Of a stretch of DNA of 64,000 nt, positions 13,301 to 28,300 are shown in pieces (the first letter of the stretch is position 1; each line of letters opens with the position of its first letter). Origin of the DNA: Lama glama (taxonomy: Eukaryota); contig CM052816.1 in the NCBI GenBank assembly GCA_028534125.1, positions 31,932,001-31,996,000 on the forward strand, read 5' to 3'. The translations under genes and the position numbers were made by a program. The notes under the pieces are model-generated. The model was not told where the DNA came from and ran no database searches. It saw only the letters and a list, made by a program, of their open reading frames with translations.

Positions 13301-16300
13301 ATGGACACCACTGTGTTCCCAGACTTTTCACTTTACAAACAATGCTGCAAAAAACATTCTTAAACATACATCTTTGTAAACATATGCAAGTAATCTCAGG
13401 ATTAATTAAGAGAAGTGGAATCCATTGCCAAAGGGGAGATCTCGATAAACAGTTTCAAACCATCCTCTGAAGAAGTCACACCAATTTACACTCTCACCAT
13501 CAGCAAACTATGAAAGCCTACTGGCCCATGCCTTTGCCAGCTCTTTGTACTATTAAACATTTTCAGTGATGCCAATGCGATAAGCAAAAAATAGTACCTC
13601 ATTAACTCGCATTTCTTAAGATATACATGAGATAACATAGCTACATGAGATTAATGTAGTGATCATTAATTGATTTAACAGTTTTTTTGTATAGTACAGA
13701 AACTAGTCCTACGTCTTATACTGATTTTATTTATATTTTTTAAGTTTCTTATAGCTTCTGAATATAGATTATACTAGGAAAAAATTTTTATTTTTAACAT
13801 AACCTGAATTCAACTTTTAAAGTAAGTATTAAAATGGTTTGTTTGGCAAAAATAATATAAAAATTAAGACTAACATGAAAATTTTAATATTTTACAGAAA
13901 GTAGAATATATACATTAAGTATGTAATACCTATGAAAATTTTACAGGCAACTGAATGAATGTCCATTAAATATACATTACCTGCCTTTCCGTTGGATGGC
14001 ACTAGCTTTGGAAATCCACACCATTTTTAACATTGTAACAAAATTCAGTGCATCAAAGGATTTCTGTAATATATAAAAGGTATTTAAGAAGAAATAGCAG
14101 AAAACATTATGAATATATTTTAACATGCCAAGTTTAATTCAAAGCCTCTTTTGATTAATTAGAACAGGGTACTGATTTAAAAAAAAAATCAAGATGGATA
14201 CAAATATTCTAAGGAAAAAGGATAAAAACTAAACTCAGAAGAGCTATAAAACTTCCTCATTCTGTGCCTTGCTGGGATATGTGCTTCTCTCTGCTACACT
14301 TGGATAATGGCAGTCAGTTCTCATAAAGCATCAAGACTGAAAAGAACTGATTTATTCCCTTGAGGTCATTTTCTAACAGATTTACAACACTGTGAGAAAT
14401 AGTAGTGACCAGGGACAGACACTTTATGAAACACTTTCCAGGGAGCTGATCTGAAAGAGTAACTATAATCACCAAACTAATCATATTCCCAAGTGAAGAA
14501 CTTTTAACCTTTTCTGTTTTATCTCCTGCTGAACTACTAATGCAGTTAGCAGATCCAGAATATTACAAGAGAGAAAGTAAAAAAGAATAATTACTATCCC
14601 ATACTTCCTCAAAGAAATATTTTAAAAGAATTCATTGCTAACAAGGATATATACATCAATCATTCAGTGACTTTCTATTTTCCCTTTCATGAAATAACTA
14701 TATAGAGCAAATACAAATGTGTTCTAATAATAATTTATTCATGGGCTTTTTAGGAAAGATGCTGCTTATTTTGTTTTTAATAAAATGTTACATTTATCAA
14801 TTCTGTATGTAAAATAACTTTTGACACTACCAAAGTTTACTTGATAAATAAAACCAAAAGGTAATTAATTTTTTCACACTAAAAATGATCATTTACACCC
14901 TCTAGAAGAGACATAATTTGCTTTCCCAACATGGATAGTATTTCTCTCCTTGAAAAATCAATTACCTCTATCATTTTCAATTCTTTCAGTGAAAGGGTTG
15001 ACCAAAATTAAGGGTACTACTGAGAACTGCTGAGCATTCCAATATTAAAAGGAACTAAATGCTGCCTTTTATTTATATCAGTGGTTGGCAGTAAATATTT
15101 TGGCTTCTGCAGAGGGGCTCTATTGCAACTACTCGAATCTGCTATTGCAAGATGAAGGCAGACGCAGACAACAGTTCAGAGTGGACATGACAGTGTTCCA
15201 GTAAGATTTATTTTTACAAATGTAGGTGATGAGCCCCATTTGGTGCTAGCCATTATTTGTTGAATCCTGGTTTTATGTTTGTTTTCTATTAGCATGGTTC
15301 TCTTGAACTAAGTATCTTTTGAATACCTACTATATGGGGAGCACTGGAGATAAAACAATGAGCAAAAGGGACATGGTCAACAACCACGAGTGGAAGGGAA
15401 ATATACAAAATACGCAATCAAATTCCCACATCGTGTGACAAAATTTTCACTGTAATTAGCCAAACCCTTTATTTTCTTCCTCATCTTTAGTGAGCAGAAG
15501 CTAAACTTTTTGTTTCACTTGTTAAAATAACAAGACAGATGCTATATACTGAATTGTTTAAAGTAGAACATTCACTTTAGTGAAACCAACATTTATTATG
15601 TTAAATTCAACTAGAATCAGAAATTTTCCAATTAAAATGAATTCTGCTTATAAAAGCATTTACTGTTATGGAACTTGAGCTTCCTCATTTAAGTAAAAAT
15701 ACAACTTATCCATACATACCTCTTTTACCTTACCAGAATCAATAACAAAGACAACGTCATTGACTGTGATGCTGGTTTCAGCAATATTGGTGGAAAGGAT
15801 CTGCAACAGGATATTATGGCTTAGTTAAAATGAAAGCAAAACCAATAACTAATAGAATGTAAAAAAGAAGATTTTATAAAACTTACTATTTTTCGAACAC
15901 CTGCAGGTGGGTTTTTTAATACCTTCTTTTGATCAGATGTTTGCATATTTGAGTGAAGCATAAAGACTTGGTATCTGTTGATAATTAAAAGAGAGAATAT
16001 ACTGTGGTACCTATCTGTTATTTAAAGCAGCAAATATAAAGCTTTAGCTTTTACCTATGTGTATTGTCAGCAAACCGCTTGTCATCAAACAGGATGCGAT
16101 CCCTCAGACCAACAATTTCATCATATCCAGGTAGAAAAATTAATATTGCACCTTGAAGAAGAATGATTTCTTGTAAAATTAAATCCCACTGTAAAACCAG
16201 AATCAATCAAAAAAACTACCTCTAATGACCTATATCATGTGTTTTCAAGTACTGATAAATTCTAATACTTATGACACTTAAGAGATTATTTGCGCATTAT

Positions 16301-19300
16301 TATCATTAGAATTATATAAAAATCTGTACACACACAAAATATTAATTTTTAAATCAAAGACTATATTCCTGTTTCAGTTCTTTTAGACAATACTTATTTA
16401 CCAGCATCACAACTATGGCAGATATTGTATAGAAGATGCATGATCAAATCCAAGTCTACTTTTTCATCATCAAAACTATGATGATAAGCTTTCAGGAGCT
16501 CTCTGTCTTCTGCACTGAGGTCACTTCCATTTGTCTGAACCAGAGAGCTTTCATCTAGATTACCAAATTCCAATGATGCACTAGGAAAAAAAAAAATAGA
16601 CCAAGTCAAATTTCAATAAAAAGAGTAACCTGTAAAGGGCAATGATTCTCATTACATCCACCTTCAAATTTTCAACATACTCTAAGGAGGGCAATTGATA
16701 CTTAATGCTCTAGCTGTAATGAAATTCATATTTTGGTTTCAAATAAATTATTCAAAGTAAAATTTAGCCATAAGTGCTTTTAAAAAAACTCAATCTGAAG
16801 ACATTTCTCCAAAGAAAATATCAAATAGACAATAAGCACATGAAAATATGTTAAACATCATTAGTTATCAGAGAAATGAAATTCAAAACCACAATACCAC
16901 TTCACATCCTCTAGTATGATTATAATCAAAAAGACAGATAATAATAAGCGTGAGAGAGGATGTAGAGAAACTGGAACTCTAATACATCGCTGATGGGAAT
17001 GTAAAACGGTGCGACTACTTTGGAAAACAATGTGGCAGTTCCTTTAAATGTTAAACACATATGCCTTAGCAATTAGACACCTAGATATATAGACAAGGGA
17101 AATGAAAATATATGTCCACATAAAAATCTGTACACAAATGTTTATATTAGTATTAATTCATCACAGCCTAAAAGTCGAAACAATCCAAATGTTCATCAAT
17201 CGATGAATGGATATACAAACTGTGGTCTATCCACAGAATGGAATATTAATGAGTCATAAAAGGATGCTACAACACGGATAAAACTTGAAAACATTATGCT
17301 AAATGAAAGAGAACAATTACAGAAGACCACATATTGTATGATTCCATTTATATGAAATATCCAGAACAGACAAATCTATAGAAACAGTAAGTGTACATTA
17401 GGGGTTGCCTAGGGCTGGGAGAGTTGGGGGAAATGAGAAAATGACTTCTAATGAGCAAAGGTTTCTTTTTGGGGTGATGAAAATGTTCTCAAAATTGACT
17501 GTGGTGATGACTGCATAATTCTATGAACATACTAACAACCACTGGATTGTACACTTAAGTGGATGAATAATATGGTATGTAAATTTTATCTCAGTAAAAC
17601 TTAACACAAATTTCTGGTCATCATTTATATTTTCTTAATATGATGTTTCTTTTTTTAACTTTTTTTTATTGAGTTATAGTCATTTTACAACGTTGTGAGG
17701 ATGTTTCTAATTGTTCACTAGTATAAAACAAAATTCTGAAGGATAGTTTACATTAAAAAAAACAAAACTCTACAGGTACTAGCTTAACTTGACTTTTCAT
17801 TTGGTTACTCTATATTGAAAGCAGGTAGGTAATGCTATTTCCCAAAAGCCAGAATCAGCAAAAATGACTGAAATAAGCCTCATGTTTCTTCATCCTGTAT
17901 GTAAAAATATAAACTACTGCCATCACTAGCAATTACCAATATGACTTCTAGAAAGTTCAGTGCAGCCCAATCTCTCTTAAAGAGCTCAGCAGAAAAATAA
18001 CGTAAGACTGTTTTCAATTGGGAAAATATTAAACTTATGCAACTTCATAATTGCAGTATTTAAACTTTTAAGATCCAATTTAAAACATTCCAAGTATTTT
18101 GCTTTCTCACTTTTACCAGGTAAATGAAGGGGTATTAAGTTCATTGTTTAAAGCTATAAATTTTAGATATCAACTATCAATAATCCAGTAAGTATAATAA
18201 ATACAATTTAAATATCTGAAATGTATAATTGATAACATCACGATCTCTGGAATAAAAAGAAAGCCAAGTTAGCTGGGATAATCAAAATATTATCCAGATA
18301 ACTGCTTTACATGGTAATCTATAGTCTTCTAGTAAGTGATACCTAACACCATAAAAATGTCTGGAACATTCAAAGTGTTAGCACTAAAAGGATTTTAAGC
18401 TCTGGGAGCTACTATTGAAATGACAACAAAACTCACTATACCAGACTAGCATTTGGATCTGTCAAGACCTTTAAGACTCTACATTATCATTTAATGAAAT
18501 TAAAATGACAAAACTAACTTCATACTTCAAACATTTACTTCATTAAATATCTGAGACTACATTATAGATTTAAATACAAAAAAAGTATCAAATAAAACAT
18601 TTCATATGTTCTTGAATAATAATATATTTTAACATTATTTTTAATACTCCTATAGGTTGAAAATAGAAGCTAACAATGTATTATAAAATACATTTATTTA
18701 AATATATTTTTTAAAATATCTTCTTTTAGCTACCTGATCTAAAATCTATATAATCTATCTAAATATCTAATCTAAATTTATCTAAAATCTCTAAAAGAAG
18801 AATTACCTTTATAGGTTTTTCAAAGTATTGCCCTTCTGATTCTTTTTTTTTTAATCAAAGTAATACATACACCTAGTATTAACAAACAAATGGTTTTATA
18901 AAAGTTCTAACAACAAAAACCTCTCTCTGTTCCTAGTCATGCTGCCTAGGACCTTTTTCAATTCTTTCAGCCATTTCTTTTGGTATTTACTGCCTTATTT
19001 CTAAATAACATTCATTTTCTGCTATTTTTTGATTTAACAATTTAGTAATTACCTATGAATCTCCAATTAATGAAAAATAAGTTCACCACCTCCACCCCCA
19101 TATGCTTTCTACCCACACAAATCTATACAATTTTCATTAAACCTGCATTCAGCCTTTACTTTGCTATAATACATAAACATTATTTACCTCTGACCTAAGT
19201 AATGAACTATGATTACACTTCCTTTCTTCTGTAACTTTTTGGTTTTCCTTGAGTAATTACTAATTTTTATTTGCTTAGTTTTCTGTGTACTTAACACTAA

Positions 19301-22300
19301 TTCTTCTCAATCTGTAAAAGATTCATAAAATCTTTTTAATATGATCAAAACTATCAGGTAACCTTTCTTTCAGATGGGCCTTGTTCGTGGAGCCCTCCAT
19401 CTTTCTTCTGTTTCTATGAGACTAGGCCTACTGGGCAGCTGTCACAGCAAAGCCCTCTGCACAAACATACTAAGCATTTCTTTCACCTATCTCCTGTGCT
19501 GGAACTACTATGTTTTTCTTTTTCACTTTGCTTCCTCATTTTTATGGGGCACATTCTCTAATAGCTTCCCCATAAGAATACATAGGAATAAATTTTCCTA
19601 TCATTTTTCTATAATTTTCTATCTCTTGTCTTTTTTCCTGCCTCGTGAGTAGTTTTTTTCAACTTTATCTTGCAACCCTTCTGAATTCCTTTTCTGCTGT
19701 GATATTTTAAATTTTCAATAGCTCTTTTTTATTTATTCCTTCTTTCAAAATATTCACCGAACATCTACAATATTCAGGCACTGTCCTTGAACAAAGAGAC
19801 AAGAAGCTTACTAAATTCTAGTGGAGAGAAAAGACAGACAATAAACCAATAAATGCAGTAAATAAGCAAAATACACAGTTCATCAGAGAATGGTAGGTCC
19901 TATGGACAAAAGAAAAAGTAGAACAGCTTAAAGAGGATTAACAGTGCAGGAAGGTGGATTGTAAAAATAGGTAAATTTGGGTAGTCCTCATGAAGATGAA
20001 ATTTGAACAAAGATTTGTGTTCCTTTTTTTAGCACACTGTTTTTGTTTCATGAATAGTTTCCATTACTGTTTTTGAAGTTTTGTTCTGGTTACTGGTGCT
20101 CAGTTTCATCCAACTTCAACAGGGTGGGGGGGTTGTTGTGCTACTGTTTGTGTGACGTTTGGGTGCTTTTTCTCCTCAAATGCCTGATGATCAATCCTTG
20201 GTAATTCATTTATTCTCAAAGAGTGAAGTATAAAAACCTCCATGTGCACAAGTGTGGATTGCTGAGTTACCCAGTTTCAAGATGGTTATTCCATTGAAGG
20301 AATACCAAAGCTCTTATAATTCTAAATCTTTTCTCTAGGCTTGGTCTATTTTTCCAGGAAGGAATTCTCAAGTTTTCTGCCAAACAATATATGCTTCAAA
20401 CAGGAAAAGGTGACAGGGACAGCAGGGGAAGGAAGAAGACGGACGGTATCTCAACTTTCAGTCTTTACTACTAGACTTTCACTTAAACCCCTTTTCTATT
20501 TGATATCTCACTCCCACTCTCCCACTGTACTTGGTAACCCAAAGTCCAAAGCCTAGATGGTTTAATTTTTTAATATACTTCCCACTTCATGCCAAGGTGG
20601 GAACAACTGAGGGCAGGGGAAAAGGGAATCTGAAATTCTAAACATTCCTCATACAGAATTTCAACAAATTCAGTTATTTTTTTAGCCCTTTCTTTCATTG
20701 CTTCATTCAAAAGTTGTTGAATTAGCCTCTAAGAAGTTCCAAAGCTAAAATGAGTTTGTTTCTCATTGGCATTTCCCTCTTTAGTCACTCAGGTTTCAGC
20801 TTTCTTAGCTCTGCTAAGTCAAACATCAGTGATCCCTTAGCCATCTATCATTTAAAAATGTACTAACATCTTCCATCAGTTGCTGTATCTTCTCCCACTC
20901 TCTTGACTTTGTTAGTTTACACACGTTATACTCCTTCCTTATCATTTCAGTAAGGTTTCGGAAAATGCATGTTTAATTGGAAATCTCCCTTCTGCTTTTT
21001 CAAGATAAAATAAAAAATAAGAAATATTATAATATAGTGGATCTTATTAGCAATCTACAAAATAACTGAACAAAAAACTCCTTAGAATTACCAAAAAAAA
21101 AAAAGAGAGAGAGAGAGAGAGAGATCTGGATAAGAGACTATAAACAGCCTTCATTTGTCACACACTATGACATATATGGCTAAGCTTTTTAAAAAGGAGT
21201 TAGGATTAACTAAAGATAGTATTAAGTTTTACCTGTAAGATTCTAGAAGATCCACAATTTCAGTCTGTCCAAAGTGTTTAGCCCAATCTAAAGCCATCCT
21301 GCCAAAATTCAAAGATATTAAATTAAGAAAGAGAAATAATATTCTCAAAGTTATAAAAATTAGTCACTCAAAATTACTCATTCATCCATTAAAGTAGAGA
21401 TGTACAAGCAATTATTACAATAGCTTATAACAGAAAGACAAAAGAAATCAAAAAAGGTATGTGGAGCTATACAAAGATATACAAAGAATGGATGCAGTTT
21501 AAAATTACCAGCCATTTGATGCTTTACTATGGACATTGGCTCCCATACTAATTAATTGTTCTACTTGACTTGAAAAACCTCGTCCTGCAGCAACCATAAG
21601 AGCTGTTGCACTGGTTTCACTATGTCTGTAATCAACTAAAAGAAGGAAAAGATATACAAATATTAAATTTCCAAATTATTTACAGTCATTTTAATCTTCT
21701 TTAATGTTAGGAGAATTAACTTGGAAACTTCTCCTTTACCTAAGTACATGATAACAACATTATATAACACTTAACTCAGATCATCCAAGGAGATCTGATA
21801 CTGATGTGCCCTTAGTATAAAAAGGATGAAATAGGTACTATCAGTTGGAAAGTAGAAGGAAAGTAGTAGGAAAGAAAAGCTCACCAAGATATGAAAACAG
21901 AGAAAGAAACCTACCAACTTGTAGAATCCTTAAATAATCTTGTTAAATATAGATATCACCTTGACCAAATGACAAGATTTAATTAAAGAAGAATTAAAAA
22001 GTTAATTTTCATCAGTATCTGGTCATGAATATTTAAAAGCACAAACTCAAAGTTTAAAATGATTTTTTGATGTTCTTTTGTTTTGCTTTTACTCTCCATT
22101 CCAGGTTCTTATTGTGTAAGATGCTTAATGGGACTAACAGTGGCTGAAAGCTTACTTTCCATAAAACTCCTCCATGAGAAAAAAAATTAAACTTCTACTG
22201 AATTTAAATTCCTTCTTAGAATATATTTCAAGCATTGCAATATACTATAATTACTTAGCACTAATTTTCATGAATCACAAAATTGGTTAACTTCAGAAAG

Positions 22301-25300
22301 AAATCACAACTGCAAAAAAAACCTCTGTAGTAAAATTTAAGATAATTAAAAAGGAAAATTATAACTTTCCACATATTATTTCACCCAATTACCCTCACTA
22401 TTTAATAACTCTCCTAAATATGGTATCCATTATTAATATAAACCAATGTTTCTTAATGTGGGGAGGGGGACTCACAAGAGAATTACCTAGGGCTTTTTAT
22501 TTCTGAAAACAGCTATGCCTTACTCTTAGATTCAGATTCAGTAGGTCTGGGATAACCAGGCATATACATTATTAAAGGGATCTGTAAACATTATGAATTG
22601 TACTCACTATATGAGAATTACTGCTTAAACAGAATATTAAACTCACAGCCTTGGAGAACAGAAACAAAATGTGCTTATTTTGAGCATAGGAGTATGACTA
22701 AGTGTGTGAGTTTCAAAACATCCAAAAATTCTTTAATTTTCTTCCCTTCAAGAGATGGAGCCTAAGTCCCTTCTCCTTGAGTATAAACTGTACTAAGTGA
22801 CTCACTCTAACAAATAGAATAAAGTGGAAAAGATGGTGTGCAGCTTTGGAGACTAGGTCATAAAAGTTACCTATAGCTTCCTGCTTGCTTTTTCTTCTTC
22901 TCTTTTGAATCATTCACTCTGGGATAAGCCAGGTGCCACATTCTGGGAAGAATAAGGTAATCTTATGGGAAAGGTCCAGACGGCAAGGAACTGAGCCTTC
23001 TGCCAAAAGCCAGAGATAAATTGAGGCCTCTTGCCAATAGCCAAGTGACTGAGTCTTCTTGGAAGTAGATCCTTCATCCCCAGTCTACCTTCAGATGACT
23101 GGAGCCCCTGCCAAAAGCTTAACTACTACTCTGTGAGCAAGAATTACTTAGTTAAGCCACTCTCAGATTCTTGATTCTCAGAAACTGTTTGAAATAATGT
23201 TTTAGGTTGCTAAGTTTGGGAATCATTTCTTATGCAGTAATAGATGACTAGTATAGTGAGCATTCCAGAGAATGCCTAATCTTACTAAACCAGCTAATTA
23301 CTATCTAGTTATACAAGATCACATATGGAAACTGATAGGATTAAAAGAAATCTATGAAGCCCAAGGTTTCCTGGATCACATGAAGTATCTTCAACTGGTG
23401 CCAATTAAGAGTTGAGATTTTAGAAGAGAAATAAAAAGATAGGAAGAAAATTACTGTTCCTGTCATAACATTCTAGTTTACTTCACATGACTTAAGATAT
23501 TTAAATACTGGGCTCTGGAAAATGTCCAATAAAACTATAAAAGAGAAGGACCTGGGTCCATGAAATGGCCATTATCAAAGTAATAGTCTAGTATTTACTA
23601 AAGAAATATCTAGGGAGAGGGTCAAAGATAATATATAAATACTTTAAAATGTTTCATAAAAATTTTAAAGCAACACGCCTCAGAGTTCAAATTTCCTAAC
23701 TTTTGGGTAGAGCCCTAAATGAAGTAGGTATTGGGCTTTATTAGTATCTGCTGGAACAGCATTCCAAGCAAAGGAAACAACAAAAGCAAAGGTGAAGAGA
23801 TGGGAACGTGCCACATATATAAACAGCAAGAAGATAAGAGTGGCTAAAGCACAGTACACAAGGAAGAAGAGCAGAAAATGAGATAAAAAAGCCAGAGGCT
23901 AAATCAGGGAAAAGACTTCGATTTTTATACAAAATGTAATTGAAAGTCATGAAGAACTGAGAGCAGGGAAGTGGCATGATTCAATTTCCTTTTCAAAAGG
24001 ATCAATCTGATTGTTCTCTGGAGAATAGGCTGTAGTAACGTAAGAACAGAAGCAGTCTAAGTAGTCCAGGAAGGGAATGTTGGCTTGGACCAGGATGGCA
24101 GCACTAGGGGAAGTGAAACGTGGTGAGATTCAGTACTTATTTAAAACTAACAAGATTTGCTAATGGATTAAATGTGGGGTATGAGAGCAAAATCAAGGAT
24201 GATTTTACATTTTGTTGCCCTTAGCAACTAGGTGAATAGTAGTACCCTAGCTTCAGATTCAAAAAAAATATGTCTGGGATGGCCAAGCACATGCATTTTT
24301 AAAGAGGTTTAAAACTGATTATGGTCACTAAAGGAATACAAAGGAAAGAGCAGGTTGAGAGGGCAGTAGGCAGAAAGACAATCAATCAAGTTGTTTTCAG
24401 CATATCTACTTTTATTCCTCTAACAGACAACCAACTAGAGATGTCAAGTGATCACGTGTAGAGAAGTCAGGGGGAAGGTCAGAACTGGAGACATAAAATT
24501 AGGAGTCATTTTAAACAAATATTTAAAGCTATGACTAGATGAGATCCATCTAAGGAATAAATGTAAATGGAAGGAAGGTCTGAGGATTGAGGCCTGGGAC
24601 ACTCCATATTTAGAGGTCAAGAAAAGGAAAAAAAAAAAAAACTGCCAAGGAAACCAAGACATTCCAGCTAGGGAGATGAGAAAAAAATAAATCAAGTATA
24701 GAATATGAGAAGTTAACTGAAGAAAATATTTCAAGAAGGGAGTGATCAATCACAATAATAATAAAAATATCTAGGAATAAACTAACCAAGGAGGTGAAAG
24801 AACTATACACAGAAAACCATAAACCATTGATGAAGGAAATTAAAGAAGACTTCAAAAAATGGAAAGATATCCTGTGCTCTTTGATTGGAAGAATCAATAT
24901 TGTTAAAATGGTCACACTGCCCAAGGCAATCTACAGATTTAATGCAATCCCTATCAAATTATCCAGGACATATTTCACAGAACTAGAACAAATCATAATA
25001 AAATTTATATGGAACCATCAAAGACCTAGAATTGCCAAAGCATTACTGAAGAGAAAGAAAGAGGCTGGAGGAATAATTCTCCCAGACTTCAGACAATACT
25101 ATAGAGCTACAGTCATCAAGACAGCATGGTATTGGTACAAAAACAGACAAATAGACCAATGCAACAGAATAGAGAGCCCAGGAATGAACCCACAAACTTT
25201 TGGTCAACTAATCTTGGACAAAAGAGGCAAGAATATACAATGGAATAAAGACAGTCTCTTCAGCAAATGGTGTTGGGAAAACTGGACAGCAGCATGTAAA

Positions 25301-28300
25301 GCAATGAAGCTAGAACACCATAGACAAAAATAAACTCAAAATGGATCAAAGACTTAAATGTAAGACAAGATACAATAAATCTCCTAGAAGAAAATATAGG
25401 CAAAACATTATCTGACAATACATCTCAAAAATGTTCTCCTAGAACAGTCTACTCAAGCAATAGAAATAAACACAAGAATAAACAAATGAGACCTAATGAA
25501 ACTTACAAGCTTCTGCATAGCAAAGGAAACCAGAAGTAAAACAAAAAGACAACCTACGGAATGGGAAAAAAATTTTGCAAATGAAACCGACAAAGGCTTG
25601 ATCTCCAGAATATATANNNNNNNNNNNNNNNNNNNNNNNNNNNNNNNNNNNNNNNNNNNNNNNNNNNNNNNNNNNNNNNNNNNNNNNNNNNNNNNNNNNN
25701 NNNNNNNNNNNNNNNNATGAAAAAATGCTCAATATCACTAATTATCAGAGAAATGCAAATCAAAACTACAATGAGGTATCACCTCACACCAGTCAGAATG
25801 GCCATCATTCAAAAATCCACAAATGACAAATGCTGGAGAGGCTGTGGAGAAAGGGCAACTCTCCTACACTGCTGGCGGGAATGCAGTTTGGTACAACCAC
25901 TGTGGAAAACAGTATGGAGATTCCTCAAAAGACTAGGAATAGACTTATCGTATGACCCAGGAATCCCGCTCCTGGGCATCTATCCAGAAAGAACCTTACT
26001 TCAAAATGACACCTGCACCCCAATGTTCATAGCAGCACTATTTACAATAGCCAAGCCATGAAAACAGCCTAAATGTCCCTCAACAGTTGACTGGACAAAG
26101 AAGATGTGGTATATTTATACAATGGAATACTACTCAGCCATAAAAACCGACAACGTAATGCCATTTGCAGCAACATGGATGCACTTGGAGAATGTCATTC
26201 TAAGTGAAGTAAGCCAGAAAGAGAAAGAAAAATACCATACGAGATCGCTCATATGTGGAATCTAAAAAAAACACAAACAAAGCATAAATACAAAACAGAA
26301 ATAGACTCACAGACATAGAATACAAACTTGTGGTTGCCAAGGGGGCAGAGGGTGGGAAGGGATAGACTGGGACTTCAAAATTGTAGGACAGATAAACAAG
26401 ATTATACTGTATAGCACAGGGAAATATATACAAGATCTTATGGTAGCTCACAGAGAAAAAAATGTGACAATGAATATATATATTTTCATGTATAACTGAA
26501 AAATTGTGCTCTACACTAGAATTTGACACAACATTGTAAAATGATTATAAATCAATAAAAAATGTTTAAAAAATCATAATAATAGTAATGCTGAGAAGTT
26601 TAAGTGAGGTGATAAACTACTTGACATCTACATCCCTTCCAGTACTGACCTTTTATTATCATCATTCTACATTTTGCCTATAAATCTTTAGGGTTCTAAA
26701 ACTCACCTCTGGTTGCCAATATCCACTGCAATCAACTAATGAAAACAGGATAACTCATTAGTGAAAACATGTCACATGACATAATAGGCACAGAGAATCA
26801 GAACGTGAGCCTCTATAACTAAAGGTATACTAAAATTTTCCATTTACTAAATGAGTAATTTCGAGTAAAAGTTATTAACATTTTTTTCCTTTTTTGAAAT
26901 CACAAATCTCTGAAAATGCAAGATATTCCAAGGGTAAAGAGGAGTGGGTGGGGGATGGGGTACATTTATGTCTCAATATATACACATAGAAATACTTTTC
27001 TACATAACTGTCATATACTCACAGACTCCATAAAACGATTCTGGAAACATTAGATTAAGAATCCCTGATTTAACACAATATTTATTTATCTACTATGCTA
27101 ATAAGAAGATCCTGATCTGTATACTTGAAACAAGTATTCCAAAAGAACAAACTATTGGTTGTGAACAAAAAAAACTGAAGTTTTAAAATTAAACTCTACT
27201 TCCATCATAATAAATAAGAGCAAGAATAATTTAAAAATTTAAGTAAATTATACTCACCACTAACATTTTCTGTTAAAATAAGGTGAAAGACTTGAGCAAA
27301 GGCATCAACATCTTTATGCAGCCATATGTCAGAAAGACAAGCATCCATTTCCTTTATTAACCACGGTTCAAGGCAATTCACATCTTTTTCTGTCTTTAAA
27401 AAGAAGCAAAGAAATGTTAAAAAAAATTTAAAATTAAAAAAATAAAAAGAAGAAAAGATTTTAAATTACTTAATGCTTAACTTTTGCTTTCAAAGAACAT
27501 GGGACGACCATAAAGGCCACAAAGACTACTAACCATATGGTATTCTGGCAAAGGATTTGACATAAAAGTTTCTTAAATCATTACACACATTATCACTCAT
27601 AACACTATATCTTGTTTCTACATTCATTTTTTTTTTATCTGAGAATGAGCTTGTCAACTAAGGTGTATGGTCCAGTCACAATATTAACTGTGCTCCTGAC
27701 AGAATGTTGCTAAATGTACCTGTACATCAGTGGTCTTCTCTCCCAACTGCCCAACAGAGGAAACATCATCTGGAGCTTTTCAACACTGATGCTAGGTCCC
27801 ACTCAGACCAAGTGCATCAGAATCTCTGTGACAGAGGCCAGATTCCATAAGACTTTTAAAATTCTTTAGGGAGTGCTAATGTGTAGCCAGGCTTAAGAAT
27901 CACTGACATGGTCAAAATGCTGTTCACTGAATGAAATGGATGTTCTCTACACTAAATAACATTTTTTAAACAGTCTTCAAAAGTATACAATCTTTAAATG
28001 TATAGTTCATTTGGATGTATCAGAACTTTAAACACTGGAAGAAAAACCACAAGCATGTCATGTTTCTTCTCATGGTCAAAATAGTTTAATTCTTTTTCTA
28101 AAAAGTGCATAGTCCCAGCCATCACATTAATCACCAATGCCTTTTCAAGAGAATCAAAGAACAAAAGGGACCTAAGAAATCTGCTAGTTTCAGTTTTCAA
28201 ACAGACTCCTTGGAACCCAAGGTAGTAGAAGCCCCACCTAGGAATGAGGGTGGAGAGTGATGGATGAGCAGGCAGGGCTTCTACAAAATATATCATTTGT

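Noticed and set aside
24794..25333. 179-aa ORF as a host gene
   Set aside because: It is a fragment of L1 ORF2 in a 5'-truncated, frameshifted copy
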